A stretch of 64,000 nucleotides of DNA from assembly GCA_963693365.1 (NCBI GenBank), contig CAVNZM010000015.1:2728001-2792000 (forward strand). Direction: 5' to 3'. The stretch is from Amoebidium appalachense (Eukaryota > Protista > Ichthyosporea). Below the pieces are notes generated by a model. It made no database searches and had not been told where the DNA came from. It was given only the letters and a program-made list of their open reading frames with translations. How positions within the stretch are numbered: the stretch's first letter is position 1; the number at the start of each line of letters is the position of its first letter. A program made the position numbers and the translations under genes. This document shows, one piece after another, positions 1-32,151 of this stretch.

Positions 1-60
1 ATCTGGGAGGTAGGAGCGAGGGGGGAGGGGAGGGAGGGGGGGGGGGGGGGGGGGCTGTAC

Positions 61-5580
<5,520 letters not shown>

Positions 5581-6264
5581 TTTTGGTGGATGAGGAATGT
5601 CCCTACACAGTCAAGCTGGCAAGGCTGGTGTCTGACTTGCAGCTGGGCGTGTGCGTGAAAAGAGTAACTAAAAACAACAGATGAAGAGATCAATCTGGCA
5701 CAGACCTACTATCTCAATCTTGCATCTACTTCCTGTGCACTCACGGGTATAACGAAACGTGCTGGTGACACTATGACCGTGCCTTTGTGAAAAAAACGAG
5801 TCACTTGTCGTTTTCCGGATGTTACAATTGCAACTGGTGTGGGGGTAGAACCTCCAGAACCCATTGAGGTGGGGTTCAATATTGCCAATGTCATGAAAAA
5901 ACTACAATTGTTTCACATCTATTTTGAAGTGAAAGCGTGGGCAGTGTTTGCTGTTCGCAAAAAAACCTATCTACGTACTTTTGTTGAATTAATTGTGAAA
6001 GTTTTTCATGATATTCCGACAGCATGATGATATAAAGGGCACCTGAGGGCTGAGGCTGGTTTATTGAAGGAAGTCTTGAAAATTGAGTCTGTTGTGTAAA
6101 TATACCTAGAAAAAGGTTTGGGGGTTTTCTTTGATGCGTTTTTAGCCAATCAGAAGGTAATTCATTTTGCGTAAAATTGTCATTCTTGTGGTTGCATCCA
6201 CCTCCCGGTGATTCGTGATTGGTGACACAAAGTTTGTGAGCTGTGTTTGTGTGGTGTGCGTGTT

Positions 6265-6368
<104 letters not shown>

Positions 6369-6690
6369 GTGTGTGCAGTTTCACAGCAAAACTTACATCA
6401 AACGACCATCCGATAGTGCTGTGGTTGAACCAAATGAAGTTTTTGTCAGGCCATCTTTACTTTAGTGCGTGTGGCTTCGGAAATATTCACCAACACTTTG
6501 TTGAACGGTTTAGCCGACTTACATACACAGGCGCGACCTCAGACTAAACTAAACTAAGAAAACTATTCCGCATTGGACTTTAAAGGAAGACTGAACTAAA
6601 GCTGACACCAAGGTGAACATTATTAAAGGAAGACTCGACCAAAAATAATAAAACCAATACCTACTGAACATCAAAACTGCAAGTCTCAAT

Positions 6691-7992
6691 CTAAAAAAAT
6701 GTGCCGGCTGTTTTACGGCAATTTACATCCTTATCAACTTTTAACCCACCATCATATCTCGTCGACTCTGTTACCGCCACCACAACCTCTGTCTCAGACT
6801 CTTTATCCATCCCGATGTTCACCACCTGCCCCACTCTCTCGTTCTTTACTCCTGCTGCGGTTGTTTCTCTTTCAAACAGCGCACCTATGTCCTCAAGAGC
6901 AACCCCCTTTGTTTCCGGGAGCAAAAACATGACAAACAATACAGAGAGCACACACATACCCGCAAAGAAAAAGAATATCTTGTCTCCAAAAATCTGCAAA
7001 AAATTCAAGAAAAACCTTCCCATGAAGAACCCGCTTGCCCTTGCGGTAAGCCCGCACAAACTCACCGCCGCTGCGCGAACATGGGTCGGGAACAGCTCGG
7101 GAGCAATCATAAACGCAATCGATGCAGGGGCCGTGCCAATGAACGTATACAGGAGGATCATCACCAGGCCAATTTTGTTCCAAACGGGGGAGTGGCTGTT
7201 CATGGCTGACACGGAGGACAGTGCCGCTAGCACCGCCGTTGCACCCCACCCGTAGAGCAGAATACCCCTGTGTGGGTGTTCATGGAAAATGTTTCAGGGT
7301 GCGGGTGTATAAGGAGGGGGAAAGAGTGAAGCAAGACAATGTGTGTGCAAGAGAACTCTGATCAAAGCGAAGCAAGGTTGGACAAAACTACCAGTTAACG
7401 TCACAAAATGTTTCCCTTCAGACCGTAGAAAAAGCGAGAAAACATACACCGCCTAAGGTGCCCAAGCAAATGGAAGTTCCTCACTCACCTCCTGCCAACC
7501 TTCTCGATGAAGTACCCGACGCTCATCATGGAGAGCAGACACAGCACCCCAACCAGCACCGTAGCCAATTCACCATTGTGCAGCCCAACGGACACAAATA
7601 GACTCTTGCTGTAGTATGGAAGGAAGTTTCCACACGTGAACTGGATCAACACGGGCAGAACGTTGCCGAGGATGAGCGGGCGCACATATGCGCGGGTAGA
7701 CGCGAGCTCCCACAGCGAAGAAACGAAGGATGTTTGCTGTACGCTGTCAACCGATGCCTGTACATGTTCGTGACGGGTGGTGGTTGCGAGGGCAGAACGG
7801 GGGCCGCATTAGTGTTAGTAACATTTCAGGCGACATGCTACTTGCTAAGAGTCCCGGAGCGGAGCATCTTTTTCAACTAATCCTTCTCAACTTCCTTGGC
7901 TTTTTCCCATTAGTTTTTCCGCATTATTTTCTTTTTTATTTTTTTTGTTTGGTTTTTTTTTTTGGTTGTGTTTTGTTTTTCTTTTTGGGCGG

Positions 7993-8043
<51 letters not shown>

Positions 8044-8733
8044 CAATGCGTTACCGTACTATGGTGAAGTACACAATCACGAGTGACACCGCAGGACAAA
8101 ACCATGCAGAAAGTTTGAAGAGAGGTTAAAAAAAAAAAAAAAAGAAAGAAAGGAAGGGGGAAAAAGCACACAACAGAAGTAGCCTACCTGTAGAGCAGCC
8201 AGCTCCACCTCCACGGCCTCGCCATTGGTCCTCCCTCTGAGCCTCAACAGTGCTGTCCTTGCCTCCTCCACCCGACCCATAAGCACGTACCACCGCGGAC
8301 TCTCGGGCAGTAGCCATGCCGTGCACAGATGCAACGCCGCAGGCACGCCGGAGAGCAAATACAACAGATGCCATCTTGATGGCGTTCCCAAAACACTGTG
8401 CATGCCCAGAACAAAGCCAAGGATGATGGTCACACCGCTACCAATGAGAGGGATGGTGCCCAGGCGGCCGCGTATTTCCGTGGGGGCGCACTCTTGGATG
8501 AAGATCTGCGCACAGGGCATGTTGAGGCCAAGCGCCAGGCCTGCAAGCGCACGTCCTATGTGCGAGGTCATAGCATTAGTTGCAAGGGGGCGGGGGGGGG
8601 GGGGGGGGGGAAGAAGGGAGGGGACTCGGGGGAGGGGAAGGGGGGAAGGGGTGATGTATGCATTCAGGAGTTCCTGGCATGAAATATGGAGGCCCTGAGC
8701 CTCGTCACAAGTTTCAGGGACAAAATACAAAAG

Positions 8734-8766
<33 letters not shown>

Positions 8767-8772
8767 CCGAAA

Positions 8773-8817
<45 letters not shown>

Positions 8818-9416
8818 GGGGGGTGGTTATGTGCAGCGGGCGACGCAAAAATCAGTCAAATTTTTCCCCTACCCAGTGCTCTTTTTGGAGGCTGTTATCA
8901 AGGCTCGTGCTCTTTTGACCTGGTATCGTTACATGGAACCACGTCCACACAAACAAGCCTTCTCAGTGAAAGTCACCAACTTAAAAGGGTGGCAATCACC
9001 GGATGAAAAATACCTGCAAGCAGCATGCCATACGTGTGGGCAAAGTAGAGCATCAGCGCGCTGGCCAGATAACACGCGTCGTTGAGCATCATGGTCGTGC
9101 GTGGGCCAAATCTCCTCAGCAGCGGCCCAACAAACAGTGAACTCAACATGGCGGCCAGCATGATGTTGCTCACAACGTAGGACCACTGCTCTACCGTTAA
9201 TGGCCTGCCCTCGGATAGAAACCATGTTTCAACTGCGGTGCGTGAGTTGTTGATCACTGCGAGATTGTAGCCGTCGGACAAGGATGGGAGGCTGGATACG
9301 AATGTGGACAGAAGCAACACGGAAACATGTGCATCATTATGTGATAGTGAATCGTTTTTGACAAATTCACGATGTTGGCCTGCAAGCACTTTTGTGCTTG
9401 GCAAGTGGGTTTCCAT
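6691..9416 (-). CDS. MFS sugar porter (GLUT/SLC2A-like) transporter
   Basis: Exons 9416(or 9587)-9014, 8555-8188, 7757-7489, 7267-6691, all GT-AG and in phase. Motifs GYNLAVIN, RFGPR, GRALAG, ECAPTEIRG, LPESPRW, IEKVGRR, PELFPTHVR, LPETKG. The start codon is uncertain. Confidence 0.92.
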
Positions 9417-12400
9417 TCTTGTTTCGTTGATGTTGGCTGTCCCTGTAAGTGAACGTGTGTTTTGGGAGGTAACATCTGGCGGTGGTGTCTTGTAGTTGCT
9501 GCAACTACTGCAACCGTTTGCCACTCTCGGATGAATAATGATTCGTAGCCATAATTTGCAATGCCGTTTACTCTCGATGTTGGTCATTGACAAGGGAACT
9601 ATAACATATGGCTGAGCTTACTTAGCAACTGTCCCGGCTCCGGGAACGGTTGACGTTTCTTGACTGGACTTACTCAAAATGGCAAACGGATGGCAGACCT
9701 CTCACAGCGCACTGGGGATTGAAATCCCGGAGTCGTCGATGGCAATGAAATTCACAGTGAATGTACCGTAGAACGCTGGCAATAAACCATCCCAATCTGA
9801 TGTTGCTCAGGTCCGGCAGGGACCGAGTACTCGGAGTTTTGATGAGTAGGCTGGCTACTATTACAATCTTTTGTAGGTCAGGGCCTATTTAAAAACCAGT
9901 GTGCAAAGTTGGTAAAATACTTTCGGCTGATTCAAAAGTGCAGTAGTGCAGTGGTTGTGCCTAACTTGAATTTTAAGTTTCGATCTCAAAGTTTGAAACC
10001 TGAAATTTTAGTATTACATAATGCCGTCACAAATAGTGACAGTCACGGATAACTATGCAATAGCTTTGCTTGCAGAAGTCTGTCTTCGATTTATGGTGGG
10101 ACCACTGCAGTGGGTGCTGGTAAACAAAGCCAACCACGCGTGAACTGGAGTCGAGAGGTTTTTCACTACATATTTTATTGTGTTCGTCTCTAGGTCAGCT
10201 ACATAATCATGTACAACGCGTGTGGCACTGCCAGCCTAAGGCTCAGGGCTGAGCCTTCCGAGCATTCGGTTGCAGAAGGCTTGCATGCTTGAAGGCTGAG
10301 GCGGCGCCCTTGGCTTGGGTGGGCTTCGCACCGAGTGCGCGTGATCATGATGCATATGATTCGCCACCGTATGCGCTCTAGGCCCGGGGGCCGGGATCGC
10401 TGTTTTATTGTGAGCGTCTGGAGCATTATAATTCATTGGGCATTAGCTCAGTATGTTGCTTCCAAGCTAACAGTGGCTTGGAAAGTTTGATTAATACTTC
10501 CATGTAAAACTGAACACGCAATTTTTTGTTGTTGTTGTTGTTGTTGTTGTTGTTTTTAGCCTGTTCAGCTTCGAACAATCGACTCGCTCGACTCCGATCG
10601 TGATGTCACGCGTACGATCATACATGTACACGGTGCACGCGTATCATCCGAATGCACGGAGAGACTCAGAGGGCAAATGCCTGGTTACAATCCCAAATGC
10701 CTGCCTATTGTACATGTAGAAGGAAATCATTGCACGAGCGCTAGCACTGCATGATATTGATGCACGCGCGAGGTTCGACGGACTATTACTCAATTACCAA
10801 TTGAGTTTTCTCTCTGATATATATAGAAGGAAAGCTCCTGGAAAGGGCCTCGAAACGGTATCGGATAAACACGTGTGTCACGTACTCGGTATTTAGTAAT
10901 TAGTAAATAGTAACTGGTAATTAGTAGTAATTACGTAGGGCTATTAGCATGCTCATGCACGTGAGGATTTTCGTGCGGGGGAGCCGCGGCCCACAATGCG
11001 CCACAGCATGATTCGGCCAGCCTCCCATGGCCAGGGGGCCGGCAGGTGAGCTTTTCCCGAGATGCCTTCCATAAAGTGCCCCTAGCTTTATTAGGTTAGA
11101 AACATTACCTTATCATCCAGTGACTAGAGTGGCGCAAAATCCCTTAAAAAGATAAGTCTGTGGCCCTTTTAGGGCCATTCAGGGGGGGAAAGTTGCTAAA
11201 GTAGCAGTAACCAAAACCATTTTCACACCCTGGATTCCTGGATTCGAGTCCGACTGATAAGGTGGAAAATAGGTCGCCGTCACGGCCATCTAGAAACACC
11301 CGCCGTATACCGTTGGATTGTTGGGAAGGGGGTCGCGGAGGTGAATCGTAGGATTCATTTCTCCCCTGCTTATGTACGCGTATCACCAGGAGACCACTGA
11401 TGAGCCAGAGGTTTAAATGAGATATCTTGTATTAGCCGAAAAATAAAAACAAACTGTATTGTCTTTTACGAATGTCAAGACGACGCGTAGAAATACATAC
11501 ACAAGTTACATAGTATTGTGGTGTGTGGGAAATTTCATCTCCATTTAATCTCGGCCGAGCCTCGGCGTACCAGCATGATCTTTTTTTTATATTTGCATGC
11601 AGGGCCGCCGCTGAAAACGTCTATATTCCTACTTTTTTATTGTTTTATAAACTTTTTTAGGGGAAGCGTATGTTTCATGTAATCTAGTTATCATGTGTAT
11701 TATTATATTCTTGTGGATGGAAATACTGTTCACGAGCGATCGCGACGTGTTACTCTGGCATGTCAAACTCAAGCTCGTTGGTGGGCGACGGTGGATTACA
11801 CGATGGAAAAGCCCCTACTTATTCAATATCAAGGCTTATGTATTTTTATGACAAACAAGGTAAAACTTCTCTCTCCCCAAAATACATACTGACTTTGTGG
11901 AACTACAAACTGAAAATCAGCGGATACATCAAATGTTGAGCGGAGCAAATTCTTTAGGTGATGTTTTATCACAGTTTATATCCCATTCACTGTAAACCGT
12001 GATTTTTCACCAATCGGTAGGAGAGGCAGATGTCCGCGTGCCCAGGAATTTCTGTAAAATATTTTTGGAGGCAAGAGCGATGCAGAGCATTCTCTTTAAA
12101 ACTTTCCGTACAAGTTTGACAAGGTAGGTTTGCTACCCCAATAAGTAGCTTTTGCATCTTGACAGCCAGCAAACACCGTTTAAATTTAAATAAACAATAT
12201 TTACTACCTATTGTTTGCTAATTCACGTGGCTGACAAGATGCGTTTTCACTCTATGCAATTCACCCTTCATGATAATTGTTTGGTAGTGAACTCACCAAC
12301 AAAGCTCAGGTCACGCACTATTCTAACCAGCATGCCGCTCAGCTGCCCAGGCCAGTAGTGATAGGGAGCATACATCAACCAATCATGGAACGCCAAAGAT

Positions 12401-13389
12401 GTACACCGGCGTCGATACCATGTTTGCTAAAAGGCTCTGTCCAGATAGAGAGCGAAGTAACGATCGTCAACCAATCATGCGCAACTCTAAAACAAATCGC
12501 GGCAAGACCATTCGTCAACATTGAACGATCCAGCGTGATCTCGTATTGCTATTCTTCATCCATTCCCGAAAGCATGCGCGAACTGTAGAAACGTGCTCAC
12601 GCACCACTTGCCATAACTACATGATATTGTGATCCGGTGCCTTAACTTTCTTTCGGAGCTACCGATGCTAGCATCTGCTTACCCATAATATGTATTAGGG
12701 GTGTCAGATACTACGATGGCGCTCATTGTTGCCTAGCATGTACATATGTCACTGGCTGCATTTGATTGGCTGTGCTGGAAAACGCAGTAGGCCGTCGAAT
12801 GTGGCTGGGCCTCACGCAATAAAAAGTGTGTAAACCCCATAACTACATGGTAGATATGAGGTGACATATAAGCCGGGTGGTTTGGGGGGATCCGTTAAGC
12901 TTTCCTCACGAGTCGAGCAACCGTGTTCGGGAACTTGGGAACAAAATCAGGAGAGATGGGGAAATCATAATAGGCTTGCAATATGTCCCTTACAGCCTTA
13001 GGCCATGCATTAATCCAGCAGTATATGTTGTTAGTTTCATGAAATGCGGCTCTGAACCATATTCTACATGCACGTACACCACCAAGCTCATATTACGAAT
13101 GGACCAATCAATAGCCCCCAAACAATGTTCTAACTTCTGGCCTCTTGTATATTTGGTAGATCGGTCATCTAATCAAATGTGTGCACAGCTAACCGTATAT
13201 GGATTGATTTTCCCGCCTTTTTTCTTTACGCAAAAAGAAGAAGAAAAATAAACACTCGCGGGGAAAAAAAAACAAGCTGAGGCGACTGACGCCGAAACAG
13301 TCACTTGCTGTAAAAGAGAAAAGTTAGAGATCACTGACTTTTTCGCACCTGGCAAACACACACACACACAAGCAAGCGCAAAGCAACAA

Positions 13390-13420
<31 letters not shown>

Positions 13421-13423
<3 letters not shown>

Positions 13424-14299
13424 CTCCGCGCGCCCGTCGTTTCAGCCGAATGGCTGGCTAAGCGGCTCCTTGTAGATAAGGCAGCCACGGTGAAGGTCAT
13501 CGATGCATCCTGGCACATGCCCGCACAAAAACGTGACCCACACAAAGAGTTCCTGAGCGAGCACATCCCCGGGGCCCAGTTTCTGGACATTGACAAGGTG
13601 GCCGACCTTAAGCATCCCGTTCCACACATGCTCCCCACCGCCAAGGTTTTTGAACAGGCTATGGAGAGAATGGGAATTAACAGCGGTGATGATGTGATCG
13701 TTTACGACACGGTGGGTGTGGCGGCTGCGTCTAGGACGTGGTGGGCCCTGCGTGCGTTCGGACACGACCAGGTGGCAATCATGAACGGGGGTCTTCCGGC
13801 TTGGAAGGCGGGCGGAAACCCTATTGAGACGGGCGAGCCCAAACAGCCTACCCCGGGTAATTTCAAGGCCTCTTTCCGGCGTAAAATGGTTGCAGACAAG
13901 CAAGACGTCCTTGCAAACGCCCTGAACATCACTCCGCATTTTCAGCTTGCGGACGCTCGCGCACCCAAGGGCAGGTGGGAGGGGACCACCCCCGAGCCAC
14001 GTCCAGGCCTCGAAAATGGCCACATTCCACACAGTGTGTCTGTTCCCTGGACTGAGCTGTGCAACTCAACGCCAAACGGCATGTTCCTGAAAGACAAGGA
14101 GGAGATCGAGGCCATCTTCAAGAAAGCGAACATTGACCTTTCTGCGCCCCTCACTACGAGCTGTGGGTCGGGTCTTACTGCGTGTGTGCTTGCGCTTGGT
14201 GCGTTTGTGTGCGGCAAGAAGGATGTGGCTGTGTATGATGGGTCCTGGACTGAGTGGGCTCTGGACCCCGAGACCCCCAAGCTGAAAATTAGCAAGTAA
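13421..14299 (+). CDS. MPST: 3-mercaptopyruvate sulfurtransferase / rhodanese (two-domain), intronless
   Basis: 292-aa ORF with VSAEWL, DASWHMP, HIPGAQFLD, PHMLP, RTWW..RAFGH, GHIP, active-site loop CGSGLTA and YDGSWTEW. Confidence 0.95.
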
Positions 14300-15143
14300 G
14301 AGGGAAAGGGGGGGGGGGTCTTTTGTTGTGGTGGCTGGTGAAATTTCCTTGTATGAGTAAGTGTATGTAGAGGTAGTGCTAGGTAACTCTAGTGCGGCGC
14401 GGGACAGCACTGGGTTTGAAAGGGCTTCTTGTTTGGATGATGATTGCATAGAAGTTTTTTCCTGTAATAAAGGAACCTCAGTTCGTGCCACGTTTGTTCT
14501 TGTTCCAGTGGTGCCAGGGTATGCACTATGTACCACGATCACGGACGTGTGCGCGCTCATACACGCCCACCCACCTGCAAACGCACTCGAGCACACGGAT
14601 GTATGCTCCTCGCACTCATGTGCGTGTGTGTGCGTGTGCGTGTGAGCACACACACACACATACACAGGCAGACACACACACGCACACACACAGGCACACA
14701 GGCACACCTCACTTGTGCCTGTACACACATTATACATTGGCATATTTTGTTTTCGCGTGGAGTATCGGGTTTCGCTCTTTCCTGTTTCATGTTACATCTT
14801 TTTTTCTTGCTCGACAAGCTCTTTAGTATGGTTGGTTGTACACACGTTGCACACTCTTTCACTTTCATCTTTGGGCTACTGAGCTACTCCTGTGTACCTA
14901 GTAACCATGGTAAATATGTTAAGTACCTGGTCCGGTTTTTCTTTTTTTTCTGGCATAGATGCAATTTGGTATACCTATAACCTTTTATGAGGGATGTATT
15001 TTGATTATGCGTTTTGATGTAAGAGCTGTAGTTTGATACTATTGGCGACTGTTTACTTTTGAAGATAAACGAGGTTTGAAAATGCGCAAAATGCAATTAA
15101 GTTCATTTTTAGTCTGCAAAGCTTGTGCGCTGCTCCCTGCCCC

Positions 15144-15180
<37 letters not shown>

Positions 15181-15497
15181 CCACCCATCCACACCACCCA
15201 CGAAGAGGAAAAAAGCCACCACCTACATCCACACCTACACCAACCCCGCAACACACACACGCGCAGACACCAAACCGTGATAGACCAGCTCCAGCCTATA
15301 ATGTATCATTATCCCCTCCCCCTTTCCCCCCCTCCCCCTCCCCCACCCCACCCCTACACCCCCCACCCTTCTCGGCCCAATTCTCTCTGGTTTTATTCCT
15401 GAACACACACCATGAAGGGGAACCGCTTCAACTATTCAGCTACTTCCTAAGCTTGCTCCACAACGTGCTCTGGGTTGCTCCACAACGTGCTCTGGGG

Positions 15498-15587
<90 letters not shown>

Positions 15588-16555
15588 ACACACAAGATAT
15601 GCCGCTAATAATTTTTATCCTCCCTCCCCCCCCCCCCCACCCAGCTCCCACCATAGATCTAGCCCAATCCTCTCACATCTGCCTGTTACCTTTCCTACAA
15701 AAAGAATGGAAGTCTTATCAACTTCAACAAAACTCTATGGACCTAATTCAATCTTCCTTCTGGGCTTACTATTAATATCAGAACTAACACGTTTTTTCCT
15801 AACCTTTCGAACATCCCCCCCCCCCCCCCCCCCCCTACTCCCACCGGGTCCACCCCCCCCCCCCCCCCCCACTCCCCCCCCCACCCCCACCCCCCCCCCC
15901 CCCCTCCCCCCTCTCCCCAACCGTTACACACACACACACAGTGTCACACACACACACACATGTACACACGCACACGCACGCACAAATTTTCGCGTGACTG
16001 AGACCAAGTCGCAGCCCAGCTAGGGATATATCACATGATGCAAACGGAACGCAACATGTGTAGGTGGGCTCATGGTCATGAATATTGTCATCTGAAGGCC
16101 AGGCAAAGAGTGCATATGTTTGCACCTTCAATGGCAAAGCACACGTGCACAATATTAATAACATTTGACCGTTCGGCGGGTAGGTATATGGTACAGTATG
16201 GCCGTGGTACATACATCTATTCATTTGCACGGTATATACATGTAGCTATGTGTCTGGAATTTCGAACGTTAGCTAGTAATTACAACTAATTTTAACATCT
16301 TTATAAATGGACGGGCCCGGGACGGTTAAGCTGGTGGTGACGTTTGGGTGGGAGGGAGGGTAGTGTGGTGGTGGTGGGGTGCATACAATGTGTGGATCGC
16401 TTCCGAGGGCAGCTGGGCCGGTCTAATTTTTTTCTAAATGTATGGATAAGGTTTATTGTGAAACATGCCCATGCAATACGGCATGTGCTCTTTGGTCATA
16501 CAAGTCGTGCTTATGATAGTTCAGCATATATACATTCGTTGAATCAATCAAATGC

Positions 16556-16602
<47 letters not shown>

Positions 16603-17173
16603 ACACACAAACCCACACCCACACCCACACACTCGTACTACACATGCCTAGATAACAGGTAAGTCCCTTGTCACCAACACCGCATTTTTTGTCCAAACTA
16701 GGCAAATTTTTTCATGAGGCTTCTTTTCTTAGCTGTCTATCCAATGGAATAACTCAAACAGTAGTAACTATCTGACTATGCCAAGCTAACCGAGAAACGA
16801 AGCCACATTAATTCCCCATTGTATATGACCTTCTAACATACGCCTTATTCACCCTGAGCAACCACACATGTACAGAGATACCGTTATACGCGCAATATCA
16901 GCAAGCAGAATGCAGATTTTCTGCCCCAATAAATCTCTGCCTCGCCGCACATGCATATAGTACGGCATACATGTATGTAGCACAATCGAGTGTAAAACTT
17001 CTCTCCTATTTGGTAGTCCAGCCTAATACCAGCTCAAGAGTCTCAGACCATTAGTACTCGTTCTTACGAGTATCAGCCTAACCATAGACATATATTCCCA
17101 ACACCCGTCTAATCTTAGGTCATAAACACTCTAATATCCGACCAACATCAGTCTAGGCTTATATCTCAGACTG

Positions 17174-29583
<12,410 letters not shown>

Positions 29584-29990
29584 TCATTCAAAATGTAAAT
29601 ATACGATAACGATATGCCGTGGATATTCTCTCACAAACACAGAACTGCGCACTTTTGGTTTTAACCGGGGGCAGTTTTCTTAACTAAAAACAATTTTCTG
29701 CACTGAAACAGTTTTCTACACGCTCTTCGATGGAAAGTCCCTTCACAGATATGGAACTGTGTGTTCTTGATACTATCTGACAACACATCTCCACAAAGTC
29801 TAGGGGCTGGTGAGGATCCATTTTCTATATTCGCATTTTGCCACATATCAAATTGGTTCCCAGAAGCCAGGCTACAAGTTTCCTACAGACCTCAAAAAAC
29901 AATTTAATGACTGCATAAGTTTTAAAGTGTTTCTCCCTTCCTTCCCTCCCCGTCCTCCTCCAACCTTCCAGCCCTCCTCCCCCCCCCCCC

Positions 29991-30021
<31 letters not shown>

Positions 30022-32151
30022 ACACACACACCCATCCCCCCCTTCTCCCCATCCAAGCCAGGCGCATGCAGAGGAGGGAAGAGATGTCTCCTGAAAAAGT
30101 CTGCCCGATCCCCCCCCCCCCCCCCGGGGACACACACCCAGCCACCCGGCCACCTATCACCCCACCCTCAAACCGGCCCGCTTTTGCTTTTAGTGTCACA
30201 CATAATGTTATACAGTTCCCCTGCCCTCCCGCTCGCTACCTCCTGGGCACCCATCCGCCCACCCTTTGCCTGCCATCTGTTCTCGTGCCTTGCCAACTCC
30301 CTCCTTTGCAGCGACTTAATTCCTGATCCCTGCCCTAAAATCTGCTACCGTGGACTTTGCCCCTCAGAGATGCTGGCGTTTCACAGCCAAGAAAAACCAA
30401 GAAAAATCAGCACAAGGATTCTTCATGTAGGTCTTCACTTTGGACCCAACACAGTGCGAAGGGCGCACCTGACTTGGCACCTCCTTGTCCATCACCACGC
30501 TGCAAAACGCTCTGGAATCCCAACACACAAACCCAACAAGATTACACTATGCGAGGCCTAGGCACTTACCTCCGGTAGGAACAGGCATTTTCGCTGCTTT
30601 GAGAGCAAAGGCTCAGTCTGAAAAATAGAGTGCACGTGTGGGCTCTCAAGCACTCCCTAGTGGTGCTGGCCGGCGAAGATTCTCTGCTTCTAAAGCTATG
30701 ATCATAGGTGCGCTGCAACGTGAAGAGGCCCGGCAGCCAGAGTGTTACAATGAGATGCAGACTGTGCATGAAAACCTACGTTGAGTGCGGGATCGCGCTG
30801 CTGATTATGAACTATAAAAACAGGGGTGGCTGCAAGATGCTGGGGCCGAAACATCGCTCGCAAGCACCCCAATATAAAAACCTGATTAGTTAACCCGTTT
30901 ATGCTCAAGCAACCGCTATCTTTGCTACTTCGTGGCCTCTTCTAGGAATACGTATATCAAAGACGCGTACACAGTAATACTAAGTCCTCGAGCCGTTCTG
31001 TATACCCGGGCTCTTTCCTTACAAGATTTTAAGTGATAAGGCCTAGGCTCACGGTGTACAGAGGCTCTCTGCCAGGTTTCAAATGATCCGGATCCCAAGT
31101 ACTAGTTTGAAGTTGCTGTTTCACTTTATTTCGCGCCAAAACCCAAATAGATCTACGGGTCGGGTCAATGTTCGAGCCGTCTAGAGCAGCCCAAATCGGT
31201 AGCCAAGGTGAATTATTCATGGTCCGAACCGTCCGATCCACATAAACCAATCAGCGGGTCGAGTTTTTAATGACAGTTGTCGACAGCCAATCAGAACGAT
31301 AAATAGTCACCCATAAGTTGGGTACGAACCGATATGAGAAAACGGTAGCTTTGAATCTACCAAATGCCTACCACTGAACTTCGGAATGCGTACTCCAGTT
31401 TGTAGGTAAAAAAATTTACTATGTAGGCGTTTCCTACGGAGAGTATTTTTTAGGATAAAAAAATGTTTTCTAGGAAAAAGAATGCCTTGTCATAAGAATT
31501 ATATTACTTCAGAATCTGGAATATGTACATTTCTATATTATATTGCACATCCCGTGCGCACAGTGCGCACCCCATGGTTAGCTTGGCTGCCGGATAAGCA
31601 CGCGTAAAAATAACTTAATTTAACTTCATAATTTGTCACCCCGTCCTGAAATATGCACGGGATAATAAAGTGCGTATCCGTCACCTGCCAAGAAACCGGA
31701 ACAGACGTGAGAAATTTAGGAAGAAAAGTGGTAGCTTGCTAGGCTTCAGTTGACTTAGGCATAGTTATTTCCAGTCTCTCTCCTCCTTGGCCTATTTTAG
31801 AGGTAGATAGTGATTTTTATTCCTGAGCTGGTGAACAGCAGGTGGAAAACTAGACACCCCACAGTTACGCGAGCAAGAGAAGTAGATCTCATAGTTGAAG
31901 ACGTCGAACGACTTCCATGTTCGTTACTCGTTTGAAGAGACAGCTTAGCAAGCACATAAATGCTTATGAACTAAACGTCAGCTTCTCAGCTTCTTCAAAC
32001 AGTCAACCAGGGGCAGTAGATTTGGTATAGTAACGCTTGCTTCTGCTAGTGTCTGGTCCCAATCCAAGTTTCGTCTTTCGTTTTACTTTTGTTGAAACCT
32101 GGTGTTGGCAGCTGAGATCGGGAGGTGGTCCCTTCGCCACTGGACAACAGC

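Noticed and set aside
5709-5894. 61-aa minus-strand ORF upstream of IBA57
   Set aside because: No recognisable motif and no supporting splice structure; IBA57 already has a good start at 5580.
11225-11260. tRNA B-box-like ggattcgagtcc
   Set aside because: No cloverleaf or A-box could be built.
15420-15500. 22-bp duplication after (GT)n as the last exon of the HMG gene
   Set aside because: It yields only very short peptides and cannot be preferred over the exon ending at 17174 without transcripts.
31190-31300. CCAAT boxes as a bidirectional promoter between the HMG gene and NudE
   Set aside because: The motifs are short and far from both start codons; they cannot be supported without TSS data.
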